Virus record (IMG/VR): IMGVR_UViG_3300030108_005444
Coordinates: 1-64,000 of that record
Strand: one strand, 5' to 3'
DNA length: 64,000 bases
Source: a virus
Shown: positions 20,714 through 30,352 of the stretch, in pieces
How positions within the stretch are numbered: the stretch's first letter is position 1
Layout of the letters: each line of letters begins with the position of its first letter
Notes under the pieces: model-generated
The model's input: the letters and a program-made list of their open reading frames with translations, nothing else
Told to the model about the DNA's origin: nothing
Databases searched by the model: none
Position numbers and translations under genes: made by a program

Positions 20714-22429
20714 ATGGCATATACAATTAACAAAACAGATGGAACAGTTGTAGCAACAGTTGAAGATGGAGTCCTTGATACTACTACAACACTACAATTA
20801 ATTGGAAGAAATTATCAATCATACGGCGAGCCTTTTAATGAAAATCTTGTAAAATTACTTGAAAACTCTGCCAGTACTTCAGCACCTGCTTCTCCACTAA
20901 CAGGCGAACTATGGTATGACAAAAGTGCTAATACACTGAAGGTTTATAACGGATCAAATTTTGTAAATGTTGCTGTGGTCAATTCAAGCACACAACCGAC
21001 AGTTGGATTATCAGAAGGCACACTATGGAACGATACAACAAATGATCAATTGTTTATGTATGATGGATCTGGATTTGATTTAATAGGGCCTATTTTCAAA
21101 ACTGGTGATGGGATTTCTGGTTTTAGAGTTGACGTTACAAATTTAGCAGGTGGAGGAACAACAAATTTATTAGGACTATATTTAGATGGAACACGTGTTG
21201 GTATATTATCAACAGCATTAAGAGAATTAGAAACTGCTCCTGCTGGCTTTGGCACAACAACCATTGAGCAAGGACTTACATTATATTCTCCTAGTGATTC
21301 AACTTCATTTAGACTACAGGGCACTGCTCAAAATGCCTTAGAACTTGGTGGAAAAGCGGCTACTTCTTACATGTCTAATGATGAAAATGAAACTATGACG
21401 GGCACACTTACCATTTCTAACAACAGTGGATTGATTATAGGTGCTTCCAGTGATGGAACGATCGATGTTTCAAATAGTGATTTAGTAATAACAAATAATA
21501 ACGCCAATCAAAATATTATATTCAAAATTAATCAAGCATCAGTTGTCACAACAGCAATGACTGTTACGGATACAGCAGACGTTGTCATAGCAGGAAATTT
21601 AACTGTGGGAGGAAACTTAACCACAGCTGGATCAGCTTCATCCTTTGCGGACAGTGTCATAGCAATCAATGACGAAAACGGAAACAGTGGCACACGTGAT
21701 TCTAACCAAAACGCAGGATTGTTAATAGATGGCGCCGAAGCATCCAATGATGTAACCTTCCAAGTCAACGGAGCTGATGGCGGTCCTTTAAGATCTTCAT
21801 CTGGATTATCCGTAGCATCAGGCAAAGCCTATGACATAGCAGGCACAGATGTTCTATCAGGAACAACCTTAGGATCAACTATTGTTACGTCATCACTTAC
21901 AACAGTTGGAACATTAAATTCAGGATCCATTACAATTGGATTTGGCGACATAGATGTTGGAGATTCTAATTTTGTTGCCGCTGGTACAGTCAGAACAGGC
22001 GCACTGATACTTCCGTTCCAACACAGCGAAGACAGTTCTACAAGAGCACAAATTGACAATGTCAGCAATGACGGAAACCAGGCATCTACAAATCCTGAAA
22101 AAACCATATTGACTGAGCAGGCGATAAGAGCTTATGTAACCAATCAATTACTTGGCACTGATCTAGTGTTTGAACTAGACATAACAGGATTATCAAATGC
22201 CGAGATTGCCGCAGTGTTAGATGTAGCGGCACCTCATCCAGCGTTTCCAAATGGAAAGAAAGCAAGAATCATTGGATTGACACTTTCAGCGTCATCAACA
22301 TCATCATTTAGTTCTGGTTCTATTGGAAATCCAGCTTCGGTATCAACGACCACCACTCTTAATAGATCAAGAAACAGCGACTTATTGTTTACCCTTACAG
22401 CAGGCAACTGGGCATACACATCAGGTTAA
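20714..22429 (+). CDS. Tail fibre protein
   Basis: MAYTINKTDGT..LIGRNYQSYGE..NENLVKLLEN..GELWYD N-terminal module shared with 23407..24978; G/T/S-rich fibre body (TSSLTTVGTL). Confidence 0.75.
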   Translation: MAYTINKTDGTVVATVEDGVLDTTTTLQLIGRNYQSYGEPFNENLVKLLENSASTSAPASPLTGELWYDKSANTLKVYNGSNFVNVAVVNSSTQPTVGLSEGTLWNDTTNDQLFMYDGSGFDLIGPIFKTGDGISGFRVDVTNLAGGGTTNLLGLYLDGTRVGILSTALRELETAPAGFGTTTIEQGLTLYSPSDSTSFRLQGTAQNALELGGKAATSYMSNDENETMTGTLTISNNSGLIIGASSDGTIDVSNSDLVITNNNANQNIIFKINQASVVTTAMTVTDTADVVIAGNLTVGGNLTTAGSASSFADSVIAINDENGNSGTRDSNQNAGLLIDGAEASNDVTFQVNGADGGPLRSSSGLSVASGKAYDIAGTDVLSGTTLGSTIVTSSLTTVGTLNSGSITIGFGDIDVGDSNFVAAGTVRTGALILPFQHSEDSSTRAQIDNVSNDGNQASTNPEKTILTEQAIRAYVTNQLLGTDLVFELDITGLSNAEIAAVLDVAAPHPAFPNGKKARIIGLTLSASSTSSFSSGSIGNPASVSTTTTLNRSRNSDLLFTLTAGNWAYTSG

Positions 22430-22432
22430 TCT

Positions 22433-22930
22433 GTGACTAATTTTAATCCGGAAATTGTTCCGAACTACATTTCTAATGTTGATGAAATTATTCAAGAAAT
22501 AAAACAATATGGTAAGTTCACAAGGAGGCATCCTGGAGATATCCGAGAACACCAGGCCAAAATTAATGGGCCAAAAAGTAGATTTAGTAGTTGGTTCAGC
22601 AAGGACATGCCCCAAAGTACCTTAGATACCATATGGAAGACCATTTCAGATGATAAAAAACACTGTACACAGGTGGTAATAAACAGATATCAACCTGGTG
22701 ATTTTCTTGTAAAACACTGTGATGCACAAGGAGGTTATTGGCAATTCAAACTTATATACTTGACAGATGGCCCTCCTCACTTTTGCTGGTATGATAATGA
22801 TGATAAACCCAATTTTGTCCAAGAATCCAAAGGAGCAATGTTTAAAATGGACATTGGATTGTATCATGAAGTGACCAAAATAAAAGCAGGAGAACCAACC
22901 AAATTTTCTCTGTGCTTAATTTATGAATAA
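22433..22930 (+). CDS. 2OG-Fe(II) oxygenase-like protein
   Basis: INRYQPGDFLVKHCD (HxD) ... YHEVTKI (distal His) ... KFSL; GTG start. Confidence 0.7.
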   Translation: MTNFNPEIVPNYISNVDEIIQEIKQYGKFTRRHPGDIREHQAKINGPKSRFSSWFSKDMPQSTLDTIWKTISDDKKHCTQVVINRYQPGDFLVKHCDAQGGYWQFKLIYLTDGPPHFCWYDNDDKPNFVQESKGAMFKMDIGLYHEVTKIKAGEPTKFSLCLIYE

Positions 22931-22942
22931 ATAACTATAGAT

Positions 22943-23407
22943 ATGTCCAAAGAAAAAAAGACTTTAATGTTTAACGCTAAAACTGGAGTGCTCTTAGGAG
23001 CAATGCCACCTAGCACAATCAACGCCGAGTTGAAACTAGATAAATTTAAATTCAAAGAGGTCGAACTTGATCCTATTAATGAATACTGGGATGGGGATTA
23101 CGAATCTGGTCAAATCAAGTCAGTTGATGAGAAACCAAGATTTTCAGAGGCTGGCGTCAATGGTGCAACTGCGGCATCAATTGAAGCACACTATCCTATT
23201 CATAAACAAATTAATATAATTTTAGAAATGCTAAATCAGAGCGAAGTCCCAAATACTTCAGCATTTCAAAAAATGTATGATTATCTAAGCGAGCAAAGAG
23301 AATTAGGTAAACAAAAGAAAAAGACATACCAAGAGTCAGATGCTTTTGATTATGTGTCCGAAAACGATTTACAGGAGTTTGCTAAAAAGGCAATAGACTT
23401 TGATTAA
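22943..23407 (+). CDS. Hypothetical protein (possible fibre assembly factor)
   Basis: 154-aa ORF between fibre genes; TAAATA at 22928-22933; TAATG-coupled to the next gene. Confidence 0.55.
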   Translation: MSKEKKTLMFNAKTGVLLGAMPPSTINAELKLDKFKFKEVELDPINEYWDGDYESGQIKSVDEKPRFSEAGVNGATAASIEAHYPIHKQINIILEMLNQSEVPNTSAFQKMYDYLSEQRELGKQKKKTYQESDAFDYVSENDLQEFAKKAIDFD

Positions 23408-24978
23408 TGGCTTATACAATAAACAAAACTGACGGAACGATATTAGCAACCATAGCTGATGGTACAGTAGACACAACAACCAATTTGTCCCTATTCGGAA
23501 AAAACTATGCTGGATACGGTGAATTACTCAATGAAAACCAAGTTAAACTTTTAGAAAATTTTGCTAACACAACAGCCAATGCTCCTGATAAACCTGTTAT
23601 TGGCCAACTTTTTTATGACACAACATTAAATCAAATACAAGTGTATGATGGCACAGTATTCAAAGCATCATCTGGATCAATTATATCGGCTACTGAGCCA
23701 ACATTTGGAGCTGAAGGTGATTTATGGTATGATTCGACCAATGAACAAATTTATGTATACACAGGTTCAGCATGGACATTGGTTGGTCCGGCAGCAACCG
23801 CAGGAGCAGGTACTACAGGATCAATAGTAACAACCATTACTGATTCAACAGGAGTTTCAAGGCCCGTTGTTCAATTGACCACAGGCGATGCTATTGTGGC
23901 AATTATTTCTTCAGTAGAATTTACACCACAGTCAACAATTTCTGGTTATGCTACAATTAAAAAAGGTGTAACACTAGGAACACAAATTTCAAGCAACAAA
24001 TTCCAAGGTACAGCGACCGATTCAGATGCATTAGGCGGAATATCGTCTGCTAATTTTTTAAGATCAAACGAAAATGATACAGCTACAGGAACAATCAGTA
24101 TCCAAAATGATTCATCACTGATTCTTGGGTCAGATGCTGATATTACCATGACACAATCTGGTTCTAATTTTACTTTAAGGAATGTTACAAGCGATGGAAA
24201 TATACTTTTCAATGTAAGCGATGATGGAGTTAACACCACAGCATTGACAGTCACTGGATCAGATGCTTCTGTCACTGTGGCAAACAATTTAACTGTGTCT
24301 GGAAACTTAACGGTATCAGGCACAACAATGACTGTCAACACAACAAACACAAACATTGAAGATCCTCTAATTGTTTTAAACAAAAATTCATCATCTATTG
24401 GTGACAGAGATGTAGGTATTGTGTTTGATAGAGGTATTAACACAAACACAGCATTCTTCTATGATGAATCAGCTGATGAATTTGTCTGTGCTAACACAAC
24501 AGAAGATGGTACAACCGCAGGTAACGTAACTATTGCCACTTATGCTAACCTTAGAGTAGCAACACTTACTGGTACAGCAACAGCGGCACAATACTCTGAC
24601 TTGGCAGAAAGATATCATGCTGACATGCCACTGGAGTCAGGTGATGTTGTTAAATTAGGCGGTGAAAAGGAAATAACAAAAACCACACAAGCAAATGATG
24701 GTCAAGTATTTGGCGTTGTGTCTTCTCAACCAGCTTATATGATGAACGCTTCAGCAGGTGATGATTCAACACATCCATATGTGGCTTTATCAGGAAGAGT
24801 GCCTTGTAAGGTTAAAGGGCCAGTGTCCAAAGGAGATAGGCTAGTCTCATCAGACGAGGCTGGTGTAGCCATGGCAGCTAGTGACTCAGTTGACGTGTTT
24901 GCTGTGATTGGTCGATGTTTAGAAGAAAACAGTTCAGCTGATATTAAATATATTGAAATAGTAGTAGGAAAAAATTAG
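23407..24978 (+). CDS. Tail fibre protein with C-terminal intramolecular-chaperone domain
   Basis: N-terminus paralogous to 20714; C-terminal YSDLAERY...VALSGRVPCKVKG..KGDRLVSS paralogous to 18694..19992. Confidence 0.75.
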   Translation: MAYTINKTDGTILATIADGTVDTTTNLSLFGKNYAGYGELLNENQVKLLENFANTTANAPDKPVIGQLFYDTTLNQIQVYDGTVFKASSGSIISATEPTFGAEGDLWYDSTNEQIYVYTGSAWTLVGPAATAGAGTTGSIVTTITDSTGVSRPVVQLTTGDAIVAIISSVEFTPQSTISGYATIKKGVTLGTQISSNKFQGTATDSDALGGISSANFLRSNENDTATGTISIQNDSSLILGSDADITMTQSGSNFTLRNVTSDGNILFNVSDDGVNTTALTVTGSDASVTVANNLTVSGNLTVSGTTMTVNTTNTNIEDPLIVLNKNSSSIGDRDVGIVFDRGINTNTAFFYDESADEFVCANTTEDGTTAGNVTIATYANLRVATLTGTATAAQYSDLAERYHADMPLESGDVVKLGGEKEITKTTQANDGQVFGVVSSQPAYMMNASAGDDSTHPYVALSGRVPCKVKGPVSKGDRLVSSDEAGVAMAASDSVDVFAVIGRCLEENSSADIKYIEIVVGKN

Positions 24979-24986
24979 GAGTATAA

Positions 24987-25979
24987 ATGGCATACGTTAC
25001 TGGCGATACAATACTAGACGATCATTATAATGGCTTTGCCAACGATAATTCACCTAATAACATCAATAAAATTTGGGGCACAGGCAACGGGAACTATGGA
25101 TATGGACAAAGCAATACAGTATCCACAGTATCAGCAGGTGCGACAGTGGCGGCATCACAATGGAACACTCTATTAAGTAGAATGCAACTTATTGGTGACC
25201 ACCAAGGTACCAATATGACAACAACTGATTCAGGACAACTTTCATCAGGTGATCCTATCGCGGCCATACTAGAAATAAGCACTGATATAACAAGTTTTGG
25301 AAACAATAGATTCAATGCGGCAAGTGACGCTCTTACACAGACATCAAATCCAAACTCTGTAAACAAAACATTCGCCGCAACGTGGACCACCAACACAATT
25401 CATGAAGTGTCATTTACTTTTCCTTCTTCTGATGCTATGAGATTCTTTTTCAATGCAGGTGGAAAAATTACACATGTATGGAACCTATCAGGTGGCACTA
25501 GTGATGGAAAATATGATGAATGGGTTGATTTGTTTAACACCAAGGCAGCTACATTTACATTTGGAAACAACAACGATTCTCTGTCAGGTTCGGGCTCAGC
25601 ATCAACAAATTTAAATGAAGGCTACCATGGGTCAAACTTAGATGGTACGTACACAATATATCAAAAAATGTTTGCAGACACAGCTCCATACACAACAAAC
25701 TATGTGCAGTGGGAAGCAAAAATTGCCGGCGACGCAGGTGACAACGGCGGTAAAGGTAATGTGTTAACAATTAAGGCAACTGCCAGAGACGATGCTGACG
25801 ACAGTGCTGACTTAGGTCAAGCACCACAAGATGCGTTTGACTCAGCGGTAACTGGACTTGATGAAGTTGATGGAAACTTATCTTCAAGTTGGACATTTTC
25901 AAAACCAAACACAACATATCTAAACAATGACGCTGTTGGCACAATTACAGCTGCCGAAGTGTCAGAATCACAAGCATAA
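24987..25979 (+). CDS. Putative virion structural protein
   Basis: AGGAG Shine-Dalgarno; MAYVTGDTI..WGTGNGNYGYGQ..RFFFNAGG; last gene of the fibre block. Confidence 0.6.
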   Translation: MAYVTGDTILDDHYNGFANDNSPNNINKIWGTGNGNYGYGQSNTVSTVSAGATVAASQWNTLLSRMQLIGDHQGTNMTTTDSGQLSSGDPIAAILEISTDITSFGNNRFNAASDALTQTSNPNSVNKTFAATWTTNTIHEVSFTFPSSDAMRFFFNAGGKITHVWNLSGGTSDGKYDEWVDLFNTKAATFTFGNNNDSLSGSGSASTNLNEGYHGSNLDGTYTIYQKMFADTAPYTTNYVQWEAKIAGDAGDNGGKGNVLTIKATARDDADDSADLGQAPQDAFDSAVTGLDEVDGNLSSSWTFSKPNTTYLNNDAVGTITAAEVSESQA

Positions 25980-26008
25980 TTGCTTTTTTGTTTTATCTAT
26001 AATATAAT
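25980..26008 (+). promoter_or_regulatory. Sigma70-type promoter at the head of the glycosyltransferase/radical SAM operon
   Basis: TTGCTT(25980-85)-17 bp-TATAAT(26003-08), 6 nt before ATG 26015. Confidence 0.65.
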
Positions 26009-26014
26009 ATAACA

Positions 26015-26290
26015 ATGAGTCAACGTAGGTTTGCTATTAAAAGAGATCTCAATCTTTTAAGACAAAGATGTGAGGCACAATTAATATTAGTGTATCAAGG
26101 TGGTATGTTTAGATGTAATGAACACATGGTAACATACAGTGAAACACTAAAATCAGGCGACGTTGTAATGGATATTAATTATACTCCTATCAAAATAGAC
26201 GATCCAGAAGAATTTAAGAAAAAAATACAAGAACAGCATCGGATGATAATGAACGAATATGCTCAGGAGTACAAGAAAATTGTTGAATGA
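26015..26290 (+). CDS. Hypothetical protein
   Basis: 91-aa ORF directly after the promoter and overlapping the next gene. Confidence 0.6.
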   Translation: MSQRRFAIKRDLNLLRQRCEAQLILVYQGGMFRCNEHMVTYSETLKSGDVVMDINYTPIKIDDPEEFKKKIQEQHRMIMNEYAQEYKKIVE

Positions 26291-27041
26291 TCAAGGCATC
26301 TTAATTTATAATTTTCCTTCACACATCAATTACACAAAGATTGCTGAATTGTGTGTAAGTCAATGTAAAAATTATTTGCCTGACGTTCCTATAATGAGTG
26401 TAGGACAACCAATACGAGGAGTTGATCTCCACCACAATTTGACTATCCCCTACACTAATAAAAAAGTGTTTGGCAACGTGAGCCGAACTTGGTATAATCT
26501 TGCCAGACATCTTTCATATAAAATTTCTCCGTGGGACAAAACAATTGTGATTGATTCTGATTATATCATAATGTCAAGACAATTAAAAAAATTATTTGAA
26601 AGTGATCAGCAGATTTTAATGCACAGAGAATGGTATGACATTACAAATGATAAACTTAATGTAGTGCCTGTTGGAAAATCTGAAATTGAAATGTTATGGG
26701 CAACTGTATTAAAATTTACCAAGACTCCCGAGGTGAAAGAATTTTTCGAACTATGGGAAAAAATAATCCTAAATTACAATTATTATGCCAAACTTTTGAA
26801 TTTTACTCCACGTGTGATCAGAAATGATTATGCTGTCAGCATAGCTTTGAAACAACTAGTAAATTTTGGATCCGTTGATCATTGTGTGATACCTTGGAGT
26901 CTACAAACCACAAGAGAAAATGTAGAAATAAAAGAAATTACAAAACAAAAAATTGTGCTATCAGACAATAAAAGTGACTTCAATTTAATTTTCGACACAC
27001 ACATTCTAAATAAGGAAAGTTTGGCAGATGCGATATTCTAA
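26259..27041 (+). CDS. GT-A fold glycosyltransferase-like protein (GT8-like); start uncertain
   Basis: SPWDKTIVIDSDYI (DxD), MLWATVLKF, RNDYAVSIA, HILNK. Confidence 0.6.
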   Translation: MLRSTRKLLNDQGILIYNFPSHINYTKIAELCVSQCKNYLPDVPIMSVGQPIRGVDLHHNLTIPYTNKKVFGNVSRTWYNLARHLSYKISPWDKTIVIDSDYIIMSRQLKKLFESDQQILMHREWYDITNDKLNVVPVGKSEIEMLWATVLKFTKTPEVKEFFELWEKIILNYNYYAKLLNFTPRVIRNDYAVSIALKQLVNFGSVDHCVIPWSLQTTRENVEIKEITKQKIVLSDNKSDFNLIFDTHILNKESLADAIF

Positions 27042-27837
27042 AAAACAAGGAATAGGATATCTTACGTATGCTCTCAACACAGATATTGATTATGAAAAAT
27101 GTGCAGTATTATGGGCATTAAGTTTAAGGGCAACACAAAAAAACAAAATTAAAATTGCTGTAATAGTTAATGATACGCAAACATGTAGAAAAGATCTTCA
27201 TTCTGTTTGTGATTATGTTATTTCAAAGCCGAAAAAAAAAGTAATTAATGAAATGCACTATGAAGCCGATCTATTAACTTTGACTCCTTTTAAAGAAACA
27301 ATTAAAATGGAGTGTGACATGTTGGTACCTTGCGATATGAATGTGTGGTTACACACTTTTAGATTACAAGATCTCACCATTACTGGACATGTTATAAATC
27401 ACAAAAATAAAAAAGTAAACGATTATCGATATAGGCAATTTATTAAAGTAAACAATCTACCAAATGTTTATAATGGTTTATATTATGTGAGACTTACTGA
27501 ACAAAATGTTAAATTTTATAGAGAATTGGATAAAGTGTTTACAACTTGGGATCAACAAATACGTAAGTTTCGCATGTGGGATAGACACGAAGCATCAACT
27601 GATTTTGCAATGAGTATTGCTTTAAATAATTTAAGCATGGAACATTGTGTAATGAATACTTTTTTACCAACTTTTGTACATAATAAAAGATATTGTGTGG
27701 GCGATTGGCAGTATTATTCTATTCCGGATCCAAGCAACATAATCATCGATGGAGTAAAAATTGATTATCCATGGCATTATCACACAAAATCGATGGCCAC
27801 GGAAAATTTAATATCTAAATACAAGCAACATGTATAG
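27028..27837 (+). CDS. GT-A-like protein, paralogue of the upstream gene
   Basis: TPFKETIKMECDML (ExD in place of DxD), PNVYNGLYY, STDFAMSIA, FVHNK, WHYH. Confidence 0.55.
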   Translation: MRYSKKQGIGYLTYALNTDIDYEKCAVLWALSLRATQKNKIKIAVIVNDTQTCRKDLHSVCDYVISKPKKKVINEMHYEADLLTLTPFKETIKMECDMLVPCDMNVWLHTFRLQDLTITGHVINHKNKKVNDYRYRQFIKVNNLPNVYNGLYYVRLTEQNVKFYRELDKVFTTWDQQIRKFRMWDRHEASTDFAMSIALNNLSMEHCVMNTFLPTFVHNKRYCVGDWQYYSIPDPSNIIIDGVKIDYPWHYHTKSMATENLISKYKQHV

Positions 27838-28141
27838 AATATATTACACACATGAAGGGGAGATTACAATTGTTGGAGCCTCTGATCAGCCAGGAGAGTA
27901 TATTGAATGCGATCTAAAAACTTTAGAAAAAATACAAGCATCACCACACCTATACAGAATAGAAAATAAAAAAATTGTTGAAAAAACAATTGAACACAAA
28001 AAAAGAAAAAAGTTTTGCCATACAGATAGTTTTCCTGGATGGATTTGTGTCAAGGACAACTTATTCAACATATTGGCTTATGCTTCCAATAAACCAAAAT
28101 GGTTTGATGAAAGAAAACATTCTTGGGTGAAGTATGATTGA
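27830..28141 (+). CDS. Hypothetical protein
   Basis: 103-aa ORF overlapping both neighbours in the operon. Confidence 0.6.
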   Translation: MYRIYYTHEGEITIVGASDQPGEYIECDLKTLEKIQASPHLYRIENKKIVEKTIEHKKRKKFCHTDSFPGWICVKDNLFNILAYASNKPKWFDERKHSWVKYD

Positions 28142-28994
28142 TGTAGCAGACCTTGATGTAATATTCCTTTCATATAAGGAACCAAACAAAGAATTCAATT
28201 GGCTTGACCTAAAGTCAAAGTGTCCGTGGGCCAAACGTGTCGATGGAGTCGAAGGTTCTGATGCGGCCCACAAAGCGGCTGGCGAAGCATCCAGCACAGA
28301 AAGATTTGTTCTTGTTGACGGTGACAATATTGTTGATCCTGCTCTGTTTGATCAACAAATTAATTTGAACAATCATAATGAGAACATAGCAATAAGATGG
28401 CGCGGACTTAATAATGTTAATGGTCTGAAATACGGAAATGGCGGAGTATCGTGTTGGACCAAAACATTTGTACAAAATATGCAGACACATGAAAACACTA
28501 GTGGTTCGGATGAATCGTTGGTTGAATTTTGCTATGAAGATGGTTATCTTGCCTATCCTGATTGTTATTCAACCACTGTGATAAACCACACAAAACAACA
28601 GGCATGGCAGGCAGGATTCAGAGAAGGGGTAAAAATGTCATTGGATAGAGGACAACGCAAAACTCCTGCTGACTTTGTTTCCTCAATACACAAACAAAAT
28701 CTTTTGTGTTTATTGACTTGGATGAGTGTGGGTGCTGACGTAAAGCATGGACTATGGGCCATGTATGGCGCATGTGAAGGTTGTTATAAAACAATGATAG
28801 CAGATTGGGACTACGTCAATGTGCGTGACTTTAAATATCTAGAACAATATTGGGACGAAAAACTTATCCAAGAAGAAGATCTCGCAAACAGTATTGATCA
28901 AATGATTGCGGAACTTAACTATACTTTGGGTATATCAGCGTCGAGATTAGGAGCAGAACAGTCAAAGTTTTTTAAGTTTTGTATGAAATGGTAA
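28134..28994 (+). CDS. GT-A (GT2-like) glycosyltransferase
   Basis: DVIFLSYKEP..AKRVDGVEGSDAAHKAA..FVLVDGDN (DxD)..NGLKYGNGG..AWQAGFREGVKM. Confidence 0.65.
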   Translation: MIDVADLDVIFLSYKEPNKEFNWLDLKSKCPWAKRVDGVEGSDAAHKAAGEASSTERFVLVDGDNIVDPALFDQQINLNNHNENIAIRWRGLNNVNGLKYGNGGVSCWTKTFVQNMQTHENTSGSDESLVEFCYEDGYLAYPDCYSTTVINHTKQQAWQAGFREGVKMSLDRGQRKTPADFVSSIHKQNLLCLLTWMSVGADVKHGLWAMYGACEGCYKTMIADWDYVNVRDFKYLEQYWDEKLIQEEDLANSIDQMIAELNYTLGISASRLGAEQSKFFKFCMKW

Positions 28995-30352
28995 GCAAAT
29001 ATCAAACAGATGCTAACAAGGCAAGATTAAAACTAGATAAAGTTTCAGATACTATGTGCTTGGCCAAGTGGATGCAGACATCACTGCATCTAACAACAGG
29101 CATGACCAATTCATGTTATCATCCTCCACTCCACAAAATAAATGTTGATCAAATAAAACATGATCCTTCAAAACTACACAACACAGATGAAAAGAAAAAT
29201 CAAAGGGAGCAAATGATTAATGGCAAACGTCCAGCTGGATGTAGTTACTGTTGGAAACTTGAAGACAATAAACAGATGTCTGATAGATTCTATAGAAGCG
29301 GAGAACCGTGGGCTATGGACAACTATGAAAACATATTAGCAAATCCACAAGCAGATGTCGTGCCAACATACGTTGAGGTTGACTTTTCAAATGCATGTAA
29401 TTTTAAATGTTCATACTGCTCACCACAGTTTTCCACAGCATGGGCACAAGAAGTTGAACAACATGGAGCCTATCCAACCAGTGTTCCACACAATGATCCC
29501 ACACATTTCAAAGGCAAACGCAAAGTTTTGTCTCAAAAGGACAATCCGTATGTTGAAGCATTTTGGCGTTGGTGGCCGGATTTGTATCCAAAATTAAAAC
29601 ATTTTAGAATGACAGGAGGCGAACCAATGATGGACAAAAACACATATAAAGTTTTTGAATATGTAATAGATAATCCAAAACAAGATTTACATCTTAATGT
29701 TACATCAAACTTTTGTCCTCCAGTTCCGGCACTAGGTGATAGATATTTCAACATGGTAAAAACTATGTGCGATGGAGCAATGATTGAACATTTCATGCAG
29801 TTTGTATCTTTGGATGCTTGGGGTGAAAAAGCAGAATACATACGCAACGGAATGGACTTTACAACAGTGTGGTATAATGTAAACAAATATTTGACAGACA
29901 TCAAGGGACACAATTCAATTACATTTATTATTACTATGAACAATTTAAGTGTGTCCAGTCTTAAAACACTTATGGAAAATATACTGAGACTCCGTAAAGA
30001 ATATTCAAATACCTATCAACGTGTGTGGTTTGACACTCCTATATTGCGTACTCCAACTTGGCAACACATTGGCTTGTTAGATCAATCATTTGATGTTTAT
30101 TTTGAAGAGGCAATCGACTACATGAAGACGCATCATCATAGCACAGACATGGTTGCTTTTAGAGATTTCGAAATTGCTAAACTGCAACGCTGTTATGCTA
30201 CAATGAGGCAAGGAATCGAAGATAAACATACACATATGGCTAATTTTTGGCGTTTTTTTGTGGCACATGATGTAAGAAGAAATACTAGTTTGTTAAAAAC
30301 TTTTCCCGAATATGATCATTGGTTTAAGGAGTGCCAGCAATTAACAAAATGA
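28988..30352 (+). CDS. Radical SAM protein with N-terminal Cys-rich (twitch/SPASM-like) domain, copy 1
   Basis: CNFKCSYC, TGGEP; N-terminal CLAKW..SCYH..CSYCW. Confidence 0.9.
   Translation: MVSKYQTDANKARLKLDKVSDTMCLAKWMQTSLHLTTGMTNSCYHPPLHKINVDQIKHDPSKLHNTDEKKNQREQMINGKRPAGCSYCWKLEDNKQMSDRFYRSGEPWAMDNYENILANPQADVVPTYVEVDFSNACNFKCSYCSPQFSTAWAQEVEQHGAYPTSVPHNDPTHFKGKRKVLSQKDNPYVEAFWRWWPDLYPKLKHFRMTGGEPMMDKNTYKVFEYVIDNPKQDLHLNVTSNFCPPVPALGDRYFNMVKTMCDGAMIEHFMQFVSLDAWGEKAEYIRNGMDFTTVWYNVNKYLTDIKGHNSITFIITMNNLSVSSLKTLMENILRLRKEYSNTYQRVWFDTPILRTPTWQHIGLLDQSFDVYFEEAIDYMKTHHHSTDMVAFRDFEIAKLQRCYATMRQGIEDKHTHMANFWRFFVAHDVRRNTSLLKTFPEYDHWFKECQQLTK

Noticed and set aside
18694-24978. Possible diversity-generating retroelement suggested by the Mtd-like N-terminus
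   Set aside because: No reverse transcriptase in the window, and no ~100-bp TR/VR pair differing only at adenines was seen.
394-25770. Many antisense ORFs of 60-176 aa overlapping the structural genes
   Set aside because: They are shadow frames of Thr/Ser/Gly-rich genes, with no motifs or start signals, and they overlap convincing genes on the other strand.
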